Origin: Rickettsiella sp.
Lineage (GTDB): Bacteria; Pseudomonadota; Gammaproteobacteria; Diplorickettsiales; Diplorickettsiaceae
Length of the DNA: 64,000 nt
Assembly (NCBI GenBank): GCA_037439325.1
Contig: JBBIWD010000003.1
Span: 106,270-170,269 of the forward strand
Reading direction: 5' to 3'
The stretch's first letter is position 1. Every line of letters begins with the position of its first letter. The position numbers were made by a program, and so were the translations under genes. The notes under the pieces are model-generated. The model did not search any database. It worked only from the letters and a program-made list of their open reading frames with translations, and was not told where the DNA came from. This document shows, piece by piece, positions 40,157 to 50,841 of this stretch.

Positions 40157-40926
40157 GTGCGAATACCTTTACCACGGTTCAGCAAAAAAAGATTAATAAA
40201 AAATAACACCACACAACTACAAAATATGATGGTTAAAGCCGAAATTACTGGAATATCACTAATACCCAATAAACCATAACGAAAACTATTCACTATATAT
40301 AAAATCGGATTAAACAAGGATAAATGCCGCCAAAAACTCGGCAGTAAATCGATCGAATAAAATATTCCACCCAAATAAGTCAATGGAGTTAGCACAAACG
40401 TCGGTATGATAGACACATCGTCAAAAGTCTTGGCAAACAAAGCATTAGTAAAACCTGCCAGCGAAAATAAAATAGTCGTCATCGGCACGATAGCCAACAG
40501 CACAAAAATATTAAACACATGTAATTGCGTAAAAAATAAGGCTAAGATCGTCACTAAGAAACCGACTAATAAACCGCGCGCAACCCCACCTGCAACAAAT
40601 CCGGCTAAGAGTAAATAATTTGGTAAGGGCGCAACAATCAATTCTTCGATACTACGTTGAAAACGCATACCGAAAAAAGACGTCACCACATTGGTATACG
40701 CGGCGGTAATCACCGACATCATGATTAAACCTGGCGCAATATATTGCATGTAACTATAACCTTCGATACTGCCTAAGCGCTGGCCAATCAAATTACCAAA
40801 GATTAAAAAATATAAGGTCATTGTAACCAAAGGCGGCAATAAGGTTTGCACCCAAATACGCAAAAAACGTTTTATTTCTTTGCGTAACAAACTGATAAAC
40901 GCGATCCAGTAAACTTTTGCTTGCAT
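40153..40926 (-). CDS. ABC-2 transporter permease (YadH-like)
   Basis: RIWVQTLLPP, YIAPGLIMMSVIT, LTPLTYLGGIFY; likely start 40926. Confidence 0.9.
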   Translation of the reverse strand: MQAKVYWIAFISLLRKEIKRFLRIWVQTLLPPLVTMTLYFLIFGNLIGQRLGSIEGYSYMQYIAPGLIMMSVITAAYTNVVTSFFGMRFQRSIEELIVAPLPNYLLLAGFVAGGVARGLLVGFLVTILALFFTQLHVFNIFVLLAIVPMTTILFSLAGFTNALFAKTFDDVSIIPTFVLTPLTYLGGIFYSIDLLPSFWRHLSLFNPILYIVNSFRYGLLGISDIPVISALTIIFCSCVVLFFINLFLLNRGKGIRT

Positions 40927-40996
40927 AGTTCTAATCTTTTTTAATCTCTCTAATGTTTGATTTGGTTTTATTCGGTTTTTTAAATCTTTATTCGTA

Positions 40997-41914
40997 TTAT
41001 TTATTTTTATTTGCTGCAATCAAATTTAAAAATAATTCTTCTAAACGATTCGCTTTATTGCGTAGACTTGTCACTTCAATACGATGACCTTCTAAAAATC
41101 CAAACAAATTATTCAGTGACTGTTCTTTAGCGACATCAACTTCCAAAGTCACATTATCTAATAAACGCATTGCAAATGGCGATTGCGGTAATTCTACCAA
41201 CGGTTTTTTTAAATCAAACACAAAGGTTTCCATATTTAACGTCGCTAATAATTGTTTCATGCTGGTATTTTCTATAATGCTGCCTTTATCAATAATCGCG
41301 ATATTTTTGCATAGATACTCCGCTTCTTCTAAATAATGCGTAGTTAAAATTATCGTAATACCTTGCTGGTTAATGCTTCGCAAAAATTCCCACATCGAAC
41401 GCCGTATTTCGATGTCTACACCCGCAGTAGGTTCATCTAATATCAGCAATCGCGGTTGATGCACTAAGGCACGCGCGATCATCAAGCGACGCTTCATACC
41501 ACCAGAGAGTTGCATGGAAATTTGATCGCGCTTATTCCAAAGATCGAGTTTTTTTAAATAGATTTCTGCACGTTGTTTGGCCAAACGTCTCGGCACACCA
41601 TAGTAACCGGCTTGATAAACGATAACGTCTATCACTTTTTCAAAGATGCTGAAATTAAGTTCTTGCGGTACGATGCCAATACAGGACTTAGCGACTTCTA
41701 ATTCGTTATCGATACTATGCCCGAAGACTTTAACCGTTCCAGCCGTCTTATTGATGAGTGAAGCGATAATGCCAATGGTTGTCGATTTTCCAGCGCCATT
41801 GGGTCCCAACAATGCAAAAAAATCGCCCTCTTCTACATTGAGATCAATATTTTTAAGCGCTATAACGCCATTTTTATAGATTTTACTGAGACCTTGGATA
41901 CTTAATGCTTGCAT
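40997..41914 (-). CDS. ABC transporter ATP-binding protein (YadG-like)
   Basis: GPNGAGKST, LSGGMKRR, LDEPTAG, TTHYLEE. Confidence 0.92.
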   Translation of the reverse strand: MQALSIQGLSKIYKNGVIALKNIDLNVEEGDFFALLGPNGAGKSTTIGIIASLINKTAGTVKVFGHSIDNELEVAKSCIGIVPQELNFSIFEKVIDVIVYQAGYYGVPRRLAKQRAEIYLKKLDLWNKRDQISMQLSGGMKRRLMIARALVHQPRLLILDEPTAGVDIEIRRSMWEFLRSINQQGITIILTTHYLEEAEYLCKNIAIIDKGSIIENTSMKQLLATLNMETFVFDLKKPLVELPQSPFAMRLLDNVTLEVDVAKEQSLNNLFGFLEGHRIEVTSLRNKANRLEELFLNLIAANKNK

Positions 41915-41960
41915 AAGTTTTGTAGCACTTTAAAATGAACAAGATTTTAAAGAGTATAAC

Positions 41961-42617
41961 ATGATAAGCACTCTAGCATTCCCCACTGATCGACTCGCCA
42001 AACTGTTGTTACCAGGCCCAGCCGGGCATCTTGAAGCAATGACCACCTCGCCAGAAACACCACGAACACCACCGGCTATTGCGGTTATTTGCCATCCACA
42101 TCCCTTGTTTGGTGGCACTATGCACAATAAGGTTATCTACACCTTGGCACGATGTTTCAATAGCAGGGGGCTTGCTACCGTACGTTTCAATTTCCGCGGT
42201 GTCGGTCTAAGTCAAGGCGATTATGACAAGGGCAACGGCGAAAGCGATGATTTATTAGCCATATTAAGCTGGTTAAAAGAAAGTTGTCCTGGATCAGCAG
42301 TCTGGCTCGCGGGTTTTTCTTTCGGTGCCTATGTAGCCGCTCGTGTTGCCAAGATTTGGCTCGTAAAACAATTGATTTGTGTTGCACCGCCTATTGAAAA
42401 TTTTCCCTTTAAAGAACTCCCGCCGTTTCCTTGTCCTTGGATATTAGTGCAAGGCGATCAAGATGAGATCGTCTCACCTGCAGCTGTATTTTCTTGGGTA
42501 AATTCTTTAGAACATCCTCCCAAAATAATTAAAATCCAGGGTGCAAGCCATTTCTTTCATGGTAAGCTGACAGAATTACGCGATTGCTTAACAACAATAC
42601 TTAATGAAGCTCACTAG
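41961..42617 (+). CDS. Alpha/beta hydrolase
   Basis: CHPHPLFGGTMHNKV, GFSFG nucleophile elbow, HFFHG. Confidence 0.9.
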   Translation: MISTLAFPTDRLAKLLLPGPAGHLEAMTTSPETPRTPPAIAVICHPHPLFGGTMHNKVIYTLARCFNSRGLATVRFNFRGVGLSQGDYDKGNGESDDLLAILSWLKESCPGSAVWLAGFSFGAYVAARVAKIWLVKQLICVAPPIENFPFKELPPFPCPWILVQGDQDEIVSPAAVFSWVNSLEHPPKIIKIQGASHFFHGKLTELRDCLTTILNEAH

Positions 42618-42757
42618 GATGTATTGACATGTGCTAGGATGAGCGAAAAAGAGTTGTGTTTTTGAGTATCGTATCGGAGCATACATGAGTATGTGAGTAA
42701 CGAAACGCAGAAAAGCAACTCTTTTTCGCCATCATCGTGCAATTATCAACATATCTA
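42615..42757. mobile_element. Palindromic RPE/MITE-like element, family B
   Basis: 143 bp with long inverted arms (GATGAGCGAAAAAGAGTTG / CAACTCTTTTTCGCCATCATC), TAG...CTA ends and core GGAGCATACATGAGTATGTGAG. Confidence 0.75.
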
Positions 42758-42759
42758 AT

Positions 42760-43797
42760 ATGACGCCATTAGCCGCTTATCAACAACAAGTATTACATCA
42801 GTCTTTGCATAGCGATACACAACAAGCGTTAGCGATGCAACAATTTCAAGCCGTGTATGATGCACTCATCACACAAAAAAAATGGCTAGGCAGAGAAAAA
42901 TCGATTCAAGGATTGTATGTATGGGGAGCTGTCGGTCGAGGTAAAACCTATTTAATGGATCTGTTTTACAATCATTTACCTGTTGCTAAGTCTCGTTTTC
43001 ACCTTCATCAATTTATGCATCACATCCACGCCGAACTCGCTCAATTGCAGGGCATATCGAATCCACTCAAGCATATTGCTAAACGTCTAGGCAAAGAAAC
43101 CAAAGTTATTTGTTTAGATGAATTTTTGGTCCATGAAATCGGCGATGCTATGTTACTAGCACAATTATTAAAGGCATTATTTGCTGAAGGTATCGTGTTA
43201 GTCACTACTGCTAATACGCCCCCTGATGATTTATACGCTAATGGCTTGCAACGAGGACTTTTTTTACCAGCAATTACTTTAATTAAACAACATCTCCGTA
43301 TTTTTCATTTAGATAGTATGATTGATTATCGGCGTGAGCATTTAGTCAGTGAAGAAAATGGCTTAGTTTGGGCTATGAGTCCATCGCAAGTGCAAGCCTT
43401 ATTTGATGAATTAAGCAAAAAAAACCGTGTTAATTATCAAGCACTGACGATTAATGATCGCATGCTCCCACATTTAGGCTGTACCGCGCAGTTAATATGG
43501 TTTGACTTCAGCTCTATTTGTGCGATACCACGCAGCCAATTGGATTATTTAGTCATTGCACAACGTTTTTCGACTATTTTAATCAGCGACGTCAAACCCA
43601 TAGCCGAATATGAAGATAATCTAGCCAGGCTGTTTATCCATTTAATCGATATCCTTTATGATGCAAATTCTAAACTTATCCTCACATCAACTCTGCCTAT
43701 CGAAAATATTTATCCTAAAGGTCGATTAAGCTTTGAATTTGAGCGTAGCAAAAGCCGCTTAGCCGCCTTCAAAGAAAAATGGCGAAACAGTTATTAG
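42760..43797 (+). CDS. zapE: AFG1-family cell division ATPase ZapE
   Basis: GLYVWGAVGRGKTYLMD, CLDEF, LYANGLQR, SRL. Confidence 0.92.
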   Translation: MTPLAAYQQQVLHQSLHSDTQQALAMQQFQAVYDALITQKKWLGREKSIQGLYVWGAVGRGKTYLMDLFYNHLPVAKSRFHLHQFMHHIHAELAQLQGISNPLKHIAKRLGKETKVICLDEFLVHEIGDAMLLAQLLKALFAEGIVLVTTANTPPDDLYANGLQRGLFLPAITLIKQHLRIFHLDSMIDYRREHLVSEENGLVWAMSPSQVQALFDELSKKNRVNYQALTINDRMLPHLGCTAQLIWFDFSSICAIPRSQLDYLVIAQRFSTILISDVKPIAEYEDNLARLFIHLIDILYDANSKLILTSTLPIENIYPKGRLSFEFERSKSRLAAFKEKWRNSY

Positions 43798-43846
43798 TAC
43801 TGCGTTGTGAGCGATACAGACAAAAATTTTAGTGCAAAGATAAAGT

Positions 43847-43872
43847 AAAAAAGGCGCTGAACGCGCCTTTTT
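43847..43872. terminator. Bidirectional intrinsic terminator
   Basis: AAAAAAGGCGC-TGAAC-GCGCCTTTTT. Confidence 0.8.
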
Positions 43873-43883
43873 ATGAAACAAAT

Positions 43884-44273
43884 CTAAACAGCTGTTTTGA
43901 GTTTTTTTAATGGTTTTATTTTTATGACTTTCCGTGCAGGTTTTGCTTTGAAAATAGTCGGCTCACCCGTAAATGGATTTTTAGCTTTACGCGCTTTAGT
44001 CGCTGCTTTTTTTACGACATTAATTTTATACAGGCCAGGATGTGTGAAAGCACAGCCAGCTCTTACATGCGCATGCATAATCATCTGTAAGGTATCTAAG
44101 ACCTCAACAATCTTTTTCTTAGGTATTTCAGTGCTTTCTACTAAACATTGGAGCAATTCAGTTTTAGTAAAAGACTTTTTCACAGCGGCTAGTTTTTTAC
44201 TAGCCGATGTTATTTTAGCTTTTTTACGTACTTTAGCCACTGGAGACTTTTTTTTAGCTAATTTTTTAGCCAT
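43884..44273 (-). CDS. HU-family DNA-binding protein with Lys-rich N-terminal extension
   Basis: KKAATKARKAKNPFTGEPTIFKAKPA arm; PGLYKINV strand. Confidence 0.88.
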   Translation of the reverse strand: MAKKLAKKKSPVAKVRKKAKITSASKKLAAVKKSFTKTELLQCLVESTEIPKKKIVEVLDTLQMIMHAHVRAGCAFTHPGLYKINVVKKAATKARKAKNPFTGEPTIFKAKPARKVIKIKPLKKLKTAV

Positions 44274-44404
44274 GGTTCATATTCCTCTAAATATATAAGG
44301 AGTAAACAGAAGGTTAGGATTCTATAAAATAGCATATTTCTAGTTTTTTGCTAGAGGTGGTTATAAATATTTTATGTTTATTATTTATCACTAAGAAGCA
44401 GTTT

Positions 44405-45208
44405 TTATACATGTTGTAAAATCTGTACCATTATTTCGATAAAAATTAATAAAATGATCACAGATTCTAAGATACTGGAATAACGATGTTGTAGCTGGCT
44501 ATTTAACATTTCTAAAATTTCATGCGCTACATCCAGTTTATGATTCAAAGCCGCTACTCTTTTTGGAATATCTAAAAATTTTTCAGTCATCTCATAATAA
44601 GATTCGAGATTTGAATAACGCCAAAAATACTCAGGAACATCTAAATATTCACTACTCAGATTGACGGAACTTCGTGTCAAGAAAATTTCACCAATACGTT
44701 TGGAAATTTCCGAGCGTGATAGCGAAATTTTCCCAAAACGAGCTAATTCTTTAGGGAAATGACTATTCGCAAGCACTGTTTTATTCACTGATTCTTCATA
44801 CGATTCGAGTTTTATCGATTGCGCCAAACCATAAGAGATAGCGAGTTTAATCTGTACATTGTCAGATTCACTGCTTTCTAAAGTGATCACATCGACGTTA
44901 AACCGTTGATGAGGAAAAAGCCGAGTTTCTTTGTTGAGATAATAAATGAAACGATCCATTTCAATTTTTTCTAAAGGATCTATGGAGAAAGATTTAATAT
45001 CCTCGATTATTTTTTTCTCTTGTTTTTTACTGAGATTCCACGTTACAAAACAACCATGATTAAAGAAAAAGATATCGATAGGCTTATCAAGCTTAGTGAC
45101 ATACAGTACATTCCGGAATAATTTGGCAATATAACGCTTAGTACGGAAAAATTCCGCGAGTAGACTTAATTTATAATTAGCTGCTGTACAAAAAGAAACA
45201 CAACGCAT
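44405..45208 (-). CDS. RMD1/DUF155 family protein
   Basis: FNHGCFVTWN, SYGLAQSIKL, LDVPEYFW, LESVIILLIFIEI. Confidence 0.88.
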   Translation of the reverse strand: MRCVSFCTAANYKLSLLAEFFRTKRYIAKLFRNVLYVTKLDKPIDIFFFNHGCFVTWNLSKKQEKKIIEDIKSFSIDPLEKIEMDRFIYYLNKETRLFPHQRFNVDVITLESSESDNVQIKLAISYGLAQSIKLESYEESVNKTVLANSHFPKELARFGKISLSRSEISKRIGEIFLTRSSVNLSSEYLDVPEYFWRYSNLESYYEMTEKFLDIPKRVAALNHKLDVAHEILEMLNSQLQHRYSSILESVIILLIFIEIMVQILQHV

Positions 45209-45257
45209 AAATATTCATTGTCGCTATAAAAAAGATTTGCTGCCAATAGCCTAGAGA

Positions 45258-46250
45258 TCAAGTCGATTTTTTGTTTTTTCGATGAGTATGTGCAACATGT
45301 GGTACAGATGTCTCCGGATATCCGACGACTTGCGGTATTCCATTTTCTCGTAAACTAATGCGCTCAACCGATTGCCACTGAATTTTAGCAGCTTTTGAAG
45401 TATTTGCTTGAATACGCTTTTCCATCGTTGAACGATTAAATATTGACTGTTTTTGCAATGGTACGTGTGCCTCTAAAAAAAGTCTATGTTTTTCCCAACC
45501 GAATTTATAAGGTAAATCGATGATCATAACCTTTTCTTTACGCACCACTTCTGCAAATAAACTTTCTATATCTTCGGGGAACAGTCGTATACAACCAGCA
45601 CTACTACGCCGTCCAACACCTTGCGAATCATTGGTGCCATGAATTAAATAGGTGGCCTGTTTAAGCCGCATTGCATAACCGCCTAAAGGATTATCAGGAC
45701 CCGGTAATACTTTCTCCGGTAAATATACACCGTCTTTAGCGCGATCTTTGCGGATTGATTCGGGTACTGTCCAGACAGGATTAGGTATTTTCTCAGCAAT
45801 CCATGAAGGCCCCAAAGGCGTATCCCAGCCTTCTCGACCTATTCCTACGGGATAAGTTATCACCACATGCCGGTGGGGTGGATAATAATAAATACGTAAT
45901 TCAGCTAAATTAATGATTAAACCATGCCGTTTAGGTGGTAAAATAAAACGACTGGGAATAACGATAATACTTCCCGGTTGTGGATGATCTGGATTTATCA
46001 TTGGATTTGCTTCTACTAATTCAAAATAGCCCATATCATAACGCCGACCAATTGTATTAAACGTATCACCGGGTAAGGCTTGCGTCCATTGCACATGGCC
46101 AACAACATCCTCTCCACGAGGAGGTAACACAAACGTTAATGCGGAAACTGATGTAACAAAACTCCAAAAGAAAAAAAACCCTATTGCCAAACGCATCGCA
46201 GGTTTTTTAAAATCTTTAAACTTTGCAATAGAAATCGATAGTGTTGACAT
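45258..46250 (-). CDS. L,D-transpeptidase, ErfK/YbiS-like
   Basis: INLAELRIYY, YPVGIG, GPDNPLG, YLIHGTN, SSAGCIRL. Confidence 0.92.
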   Translation of the reverse strand: MSTLSISIAKFKDFKKPAMRLAIGFFFFWSFVTSVSALTFVLPPRGEDVVGHVQWTQALPGDTFNTIGRRYDMGYFELVEANPMINPDHPQPGSIIVIPSRFILPPKRHGLIINLAELRIYYYPPHRHVVITYPVGIGREGWDTPLGPSWIAEKIPNPVWTVPESIRKDRAKDGVYLPEKVLPGPDNPLGGYAMRLKQATYLIHGTNDSQGVGRRSSAGCIRLFPEDIESLFAEVVRKEKVMIIDLPYKFGWEKHRLFLEAHVPLQKQSIFNRSTMEKRIQANTSKAAKIQWQSVERISLRENGIPQVVGYPETSVPHVAHTHRKNKKST

Positions 46251-46380
46251 ACATCAATAAAAACAACGTTATTTGAAACCCGGATATTGTACATCATCGT
46301 GCCAAATGACGACATACCCTAGCGTAAGTCAAAAGATTTTATTCTATACTACAGCTATTTACTTTAACTAGGCTGCGATT

Positions 46381-47502
46381 ATGCTTGCGATTAGCAAACA
46401 CCGTCCACGATTTTCATTACAAAAAATACAGCAATTTTTTCGAGTGGATAAACCTTTGTTAATAGGTTTACTTTGTTTGGTCTGCATTGGTTTAATTATA
46501 CTTTATAGTGCCAGTAATCAAAATTTAACTATTATCGGCAAACAAGCATTACGGATGTTAATTGCTTTTTCTGCAATGTTAATGCTCGCTCAAATTTCAC
46601 CTTCAGTTTATCGTACTTGGGCACCTTGGATATTTATCTTTAGTTTTGGCTTACTCCTTGCCGTATTAATTTTAGGCGTTGTTGGTAAAGGGGCTCAGCG
46701 CTGGTTGAATCTAGGACTATTAAAATTCCAACCCTCAGAACTAATGAAATTATCGGTGCCGATGATGTTAGCCTGGTATTTACATGATAAATCATTGCCA
46801 CCTTCTTTGTTTGATTTATTAACCCTGCTCCTGATAGTCGCAGTCCCGACATTATTAGTGATCAAACAACCCGATTTAGGGACTGCCTTATTAATTGTCG
46901 CATCAGGTTTTAGCGTTATTTTATTAGCGGGTGTGAGTGGGCGTTGGTTAGTACTTGGTTGCTTATTCATGCTGATCATCGCACCTCTCGGTTGGCATTT
47001 TATGCACGAATATCAAAAATTACGTGTACTCACCTTCTTAAATCCAGAAAGAGATCCACTCGGTGCCGGTTATCATATTATTCAATCTAAAATTGCTATT
47101 GGTGCCGGTGGATTTTTTGGCAAAGGTTGGCTACATGGCACACAATCGCATTTGCAATTTCTACCTGAACATACCACGGATTTTATCTTTGCAGTTTGCG
47201 GTGAAGAGTTTGGCTTACTTGGTGGTATCGTGCTATTAAGTCTTTATCTATGGATCGCTGCGCGCGGACTTTATATCAGCATGAAAGCACAAGACACTTT
47301 TTCTCGCTTACTTGGGGGAGGATTAAGTTTAAGTTTTTTTATCGCCGCTTTTGTTAACGTCGATATGGTCAGCGGATTATTACCCGTCGTAGGAATACCA
47401 TTACCCTTGGTAAGTTATGGTGGAACCTCATTAATTACTTTAATCGCAGGTTTTGGTATTCTAATGTCTATCCAAACGCATAGAAAATTAGTCGGTAACT
47501 AA
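46381..47502 (+). CDS. rodA: Rod shape-determining protein RodA
   Basis: GAQRWL, QPSELMK, KQPDLGT, GYHIIQSKIAIG, LPEHTTDFIF. Confidence 0.95.
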   Translation: MLAISKHRPRFSLQKIQQFFRVDKPLLIGLLCLVCIGLIILYSASNQNLTIIGKQALRMLIAFSAMLMLAQISPSVYRTWAPWIFIFSFGLLLAVLILGVVGKGAQRWLNLGLLKFQPSELMKLSVPMMLAWYLHDKSLPPSLFDLLTLLLIVAVPTLLVIKQPDLGTALLIVASGFSVILLAGVSGRWLVLGCLFMLIIAPLGWHFMHEYQKLRVLTFLNPERDPLGAGYHIIQSKIAIGAGGFFGKGWLHGTQSHLQFLPEHTTDFIFAVCGEEFGLLGGIVLLSLYLWIAARGLYISMKAQDTFSRLLGGGLSLSFFIAAFVNVDMVSGLLPVVGIPLPLVSYGGTSLITLIAGFGILMSIQTHRKLVGN

Positions 47503-47512
47503 GGAAAGCAAC

Positions 47513-48529
47513 ATGATGAAGAACAAAAGCTCATATGGCAGCTTACGTGCATTGCTGTTATTAATTACACTTTGCCTGACTTCTTGTACCGCCTATGCGA
47601 ATAAGCCCGAAGTACGGTTATTTATTGATAGAATGGTAAAAAAATATCATTTTAATCGTACACAACTGCAACAACTTTTCAATACTGTCAAATCGAACCG
47701 CTCGATTATTAGTTCTTTTATTACCCCTAAAGAACGTTTAACCTGGTCAGACTATCGGCCTATTTTTGTCACCACTAAACGAGCGCAACTTGGCGTAAAA
47801 TTTTGGAATGCACATGCTAAAACTTTAGCTAAAGCAGAAAAAACCTACGGAGTTCCAGCTTCGATCATCGTTGCTATTTTGGGTGTCGAGACTCGTTATG
47901 GTGAGATCATCGGTAAATATCGTGTGATTGATTCGTTGAGCACCTTAAGTTTCAATCATTCACGCCGCTCGGATTTTTTTAAACGTGAACTGGAACAATT
48001 TTTGTTACTCAGTCGAGAAAATCCAGTTATAAATCCGAAAATCACTAAAGGTTCTTACGCAGGTGCTATCGGGAAAGTACAATTTATGCCTAGCAATTAC
48101 CGTCATCTCTCCGTAGACGCAACGCATAAAGGTTATAGTGATCTCATCAACAGCTCCGATGATGCGATTCTCAGTATTGCTAATTACTTAAACTATTTTG
48201 GTTGGATAAAGACTAATCCAATAGCTGTTCCAGCCCGATTTTCAGCGCAAGCTCTGCTAAGCCTACCTACATCGCAAGAAAATTTTACTGTAAAAGATTT
48301 TGCAAAATATCACATATATCCTAAAAAGCATGTATCTTCACAGCTCAAGACCTTTTTAATTGCATTACCGCTCAAGCATGGTAATGAATATTGGTTAGGA
48401 TTTAATGACTTCCAAACCATTAAACACTATAATTCTAGCTCACTTTATGCAATGGCGGTTTTTCAATTAAGCGAATTAATCCATCATCTTCACCAACAAG
48501 GGCATCAACCTCATGTCAATAAAAAATAA
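47513..48529 (+). CDS. mltB: Lytic murein transglycosylase B
   Basis: AILGVETRYG, GSYAGAIGKVQFMPS, HYNSSSLYAMAV. Confidence 0.92.
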   Translation: MMKNKSSYGSLRALLLLITLCLTSCTAYANKPEVRLFIDRMVKKYHFNRTQLQQLFNTVKSNRSIISSFITPKERLTWSDYRPIFVTTKRAQLGVKFWNAHAKTLAKAEKTYGVPASIIVAILGVETRYGEIIGKYRVIDSLSTLSFNHSRRSDFFKRELEQFLLLSRENPVINPKITKGSYAGAIGKVQFMPSNYRHLSVDATHKGYSDLINSSDDAILSIANYLNYFGWIKTNPIAVPARFSAQALLSLPTSQENFTVKDFAKYHIYPKKHVSSQLKTFLIALPLKHGNEYWLGFNDFQTIKHYNSSSLYAMAVFQLSELIHHLHQQGHQPHVNKK

Positions 48530-49388
48530 TGCTGAGCATGGAAGCTTATTTTTTAAAATAATTTCTGGATTTACAATCTGTCTACTGACACTGAGTCTCG
48601 GAGCCTGTTCCTCCACCACCCGTAGTAGTAATTATCGTTACCCTCTGCGACAAGATAAAGCGCCCTGCTTTAGAATTAATACCCATCGGATTCCTAATGC
48701 AGTGCCTAAAGCAGAACCTTTAAGCAAACGAGGTAACCCGAAATCCTACGTAGTTTTTGGGCGTCGTTACTATGTGATGAAAAGCGCTAGGGGATATCAT
48801 GCTCGAGGAATTGCCTCATGGTATGGTATGAAATTTCATGATTTTCAAACCTCTAATGGTGAAATTTATAACGTAGCCGGCATGACTGCAGCACATAAAA
48901 CGCTACCATTACCTACCTTTTTGCAAGTAACCAATCTCCGTAATGGAAAAAAAATCATTGTTAAAGTCAATGATAGAGGTCCGTTTGTTAGTAATCGTTT
49001 GATCGATCTTTCTTATGCAGCAGCAAAAAAATTGGATATGACCAGCGCTGGCACAGCGCCGGTTTCTATCGTCGCCATTACACCCGGTATTACACGTCTA
49101 GCTTCCAATAACTCATCCCGCAAAGAAAATTATGACCGTTCGTTAGCCAAAAAATCTCCCCCTTATATTCAATTAGGATTGTTTAAACGACATGCTTCTG
49201 CACAAAAACTGGCTATGTTAGTTAAGCAATGGACTCGATCCCCAGTCAATGTAAAAACAACTTCTATTCATAAACGCTACTATTATCAAGTAGTCATTGG
49301 ACCTTTACGCAACAGCAAGAGCTCGCAACAACTATCGGATAAACTGAAGCTAGCTGGGCTGAGTCATCGCTGTACGTATCGAAGCTGA
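48513..49388 (+). CDS. rlpA: Septal ring lytic transglycosylase RlpA
   Basis: Lipobox LGAC, GIASWYG, TAAHKTLPLP, VNDRGPF; C-terminal SPOR-like domain. Confidence 0.94.
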   Translation: MSIKNNAEHGSLFFKIISGFTICLLTLSLGACSSTTRSSNYRYPLRQDKAPCFRINTHRIPNAVPKAEPLSKRGNPKSYVVFGRRYYVMKSARGYHARGIASWYGMKFHDFQTSNGEIYNVAGMTAAHKTLPLPTFLQVTNLRNGKKIIVKVNDRGPFVSNRLIDLSYAAAKKLDMTSAGTAPVSIVAITPGITRLASNNSSRKENYDRSLAKKSPPYIQLGLFKRHASAQKLAMLVKQWTRSPVNVKTTSIHKRYYYQVVIGPLRNSKSSQQLSDKLKLAGLSHRCTYRS

Positions 49389-49395
49389 TTTTTAT

Positions 49396-50838
49396 ATGTT
49401 ACTGAAAAAAATCTATCATACTTTGCTTTTTTTCAGTGGCATCATTCTACTTGCAATAATAATAACATTTAATTTTATATATCCACTGACGCTAGGAAAA
49501 ACTAATATTCTTTATAGTGATTTTGGAAAATTTTATCATTCTCAGCAACTATTTATCCAAGGAAAAAATATCTATACACCCGTTTATTTTTTAAAAAATA
49601 AACTGAATAGCTCAGCTCATGCAATAAAAACTAAACCTGCGCACTCCAAAGTGCTTAAATTAAGTGGCAATTTGAATCCACCTTTTTTTACGTTAATTAG
49701 CTTTCCATTGGCCTATCTTAGCTATCCACATGCATTATTGGTGTGGACCCTGCTCTCGATATTGGCTGGAGCTTTAGGTATTTTATTATTACAACAAAAA
49801 CTGGATCCGCAGCATTTTTCACCACCCTGTGCGCTATTACTGTTAATTGCCCTATTCAGTTATTTTCCTAGCTTTGTGAACTTACAATTTGGTCAACTTA
49901 GTTTATTGCTAATTCCCTTACTGGTATGTGGATGGCGCGCAGCACGAAATGGAAGCGCTATCAATGCTGCGGTTTTTCTAGGGTTAGCAACCAGTTTAAA
50001 ACCTTTTATCGGTTTATTTTTATTTTATTTTCTTATACGCAAAGAATGGCGGGGTTTATGCGCATTTTTTGCTACTCTACTCAGTAGTGCCTTGGTTGCA
50101 GCACTATTTTTGGGCATGGATAGCTATGTGGCTTATTACCATACCTGTCAACAAATAAGATGGGCCGCTTCAAATTGGAATGTCTCATTTTATGGCTTTT
50201 TATTACGGTTATTGGGTGGCATAGAAAGTAATGTCGCTCTATTACCCGTTCCTGGACTTGTTACCTATCTTTATCCATTCGTAGCTGGATTATTTTTTTT
50301 TGCAATTATTCGATTTTTACGACCAGCGGCTGATATCCAAACTGAACAAAAACTGGACCTGGATTTTTCAGTCATTATCGTCGGCATGTTATTACTATCC
50401 CCTTTAAGTTGGATTTATTATTTTCCTTTGCTGAGTATTCCAATATTAATTTTATGGCAATTTTCAAAGAAGGGAATTTATCCTATCACTTTGCCTCTAT
50501 TTTTAATGGCCTGCATTTTTTTAAGTAACATCCCGATTAGCCTATTCAGCAGCGATCAAATCAACGCAGCGAATGTATACCCTCTATTTTTAGGCTCCTT
50601 ACTTTACTTTTTGGTACTGATTGGTTTAACTAGCTTACTATTTTTGTTACGTTATCGTCTAGCGCGTGATTTTGAATTATACTTTGAGAGAACAATATCC
50701 CCAGCCTTATTATTATTAATCGGCATCGTGGTTTTTTTACCCTCTTACCAGGGGATAGGTAAAGGCGCTACTAATTGGATACTGCACAGTAAACATTATA
50801 GTCAGCAATACTCATTGGTTGCTCACCATCAGGATTAA
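49396..50838 (+). CDS. GT87/DUF2029 family multi-pass glycosyltransferase (GT-C)
   Basis: YSDF, LNPPFF, GQLS, ATSLKPF and SPLSWIYY motifs; many TM segments. Confidence 0.8.
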   Translation: MLLKKIYHTLLFFSGIILLAIIITFNFIYPLTLGKTNILYSDFGKFYHSQQLFIQGKNIYTPVYFLKNKLNSSAHAIKTKPAHSKVLKLSGNLNPPFFTLISFPLAYLSYPHALLVWTLLSILAGALGILLLQQKLDPQHFSPPCALLLLIALFSYFPSFVNLQFGQLSLLLIPLLVCGWRAARNGSAINAAVFLGLATSLKPFIGLFLFYFLIRKEWRGLCAFFATLLSSALVAALFLGMDSYVAYYHTCQQIRWAASNWNVSFYGFLLRLLGGIESNVALLPVPGLVTYLYPFVAGLFFFAIIRFLRPAADIQTEQKLDLDFSVIIVGMLLLSPLSWIYYFPLLSIPILILWQFSKKGIYPITLPLFLMACIFLSNIPISLFSSDQINAANVYPLFLGSLLYFLVLIGLTSLLFLLRYRLARDFELYFERTISPALLLLIGIVVFLPSYQGIGKGATNWILHSKHYSQQYSLVAHHQD

Positions 50839-50841
50839 ATT

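Noticed and set aside
43897-44298. 133 aa plus-strand ORF
   Set aside because: Antisense to the clearly recognisable HU-family gene.
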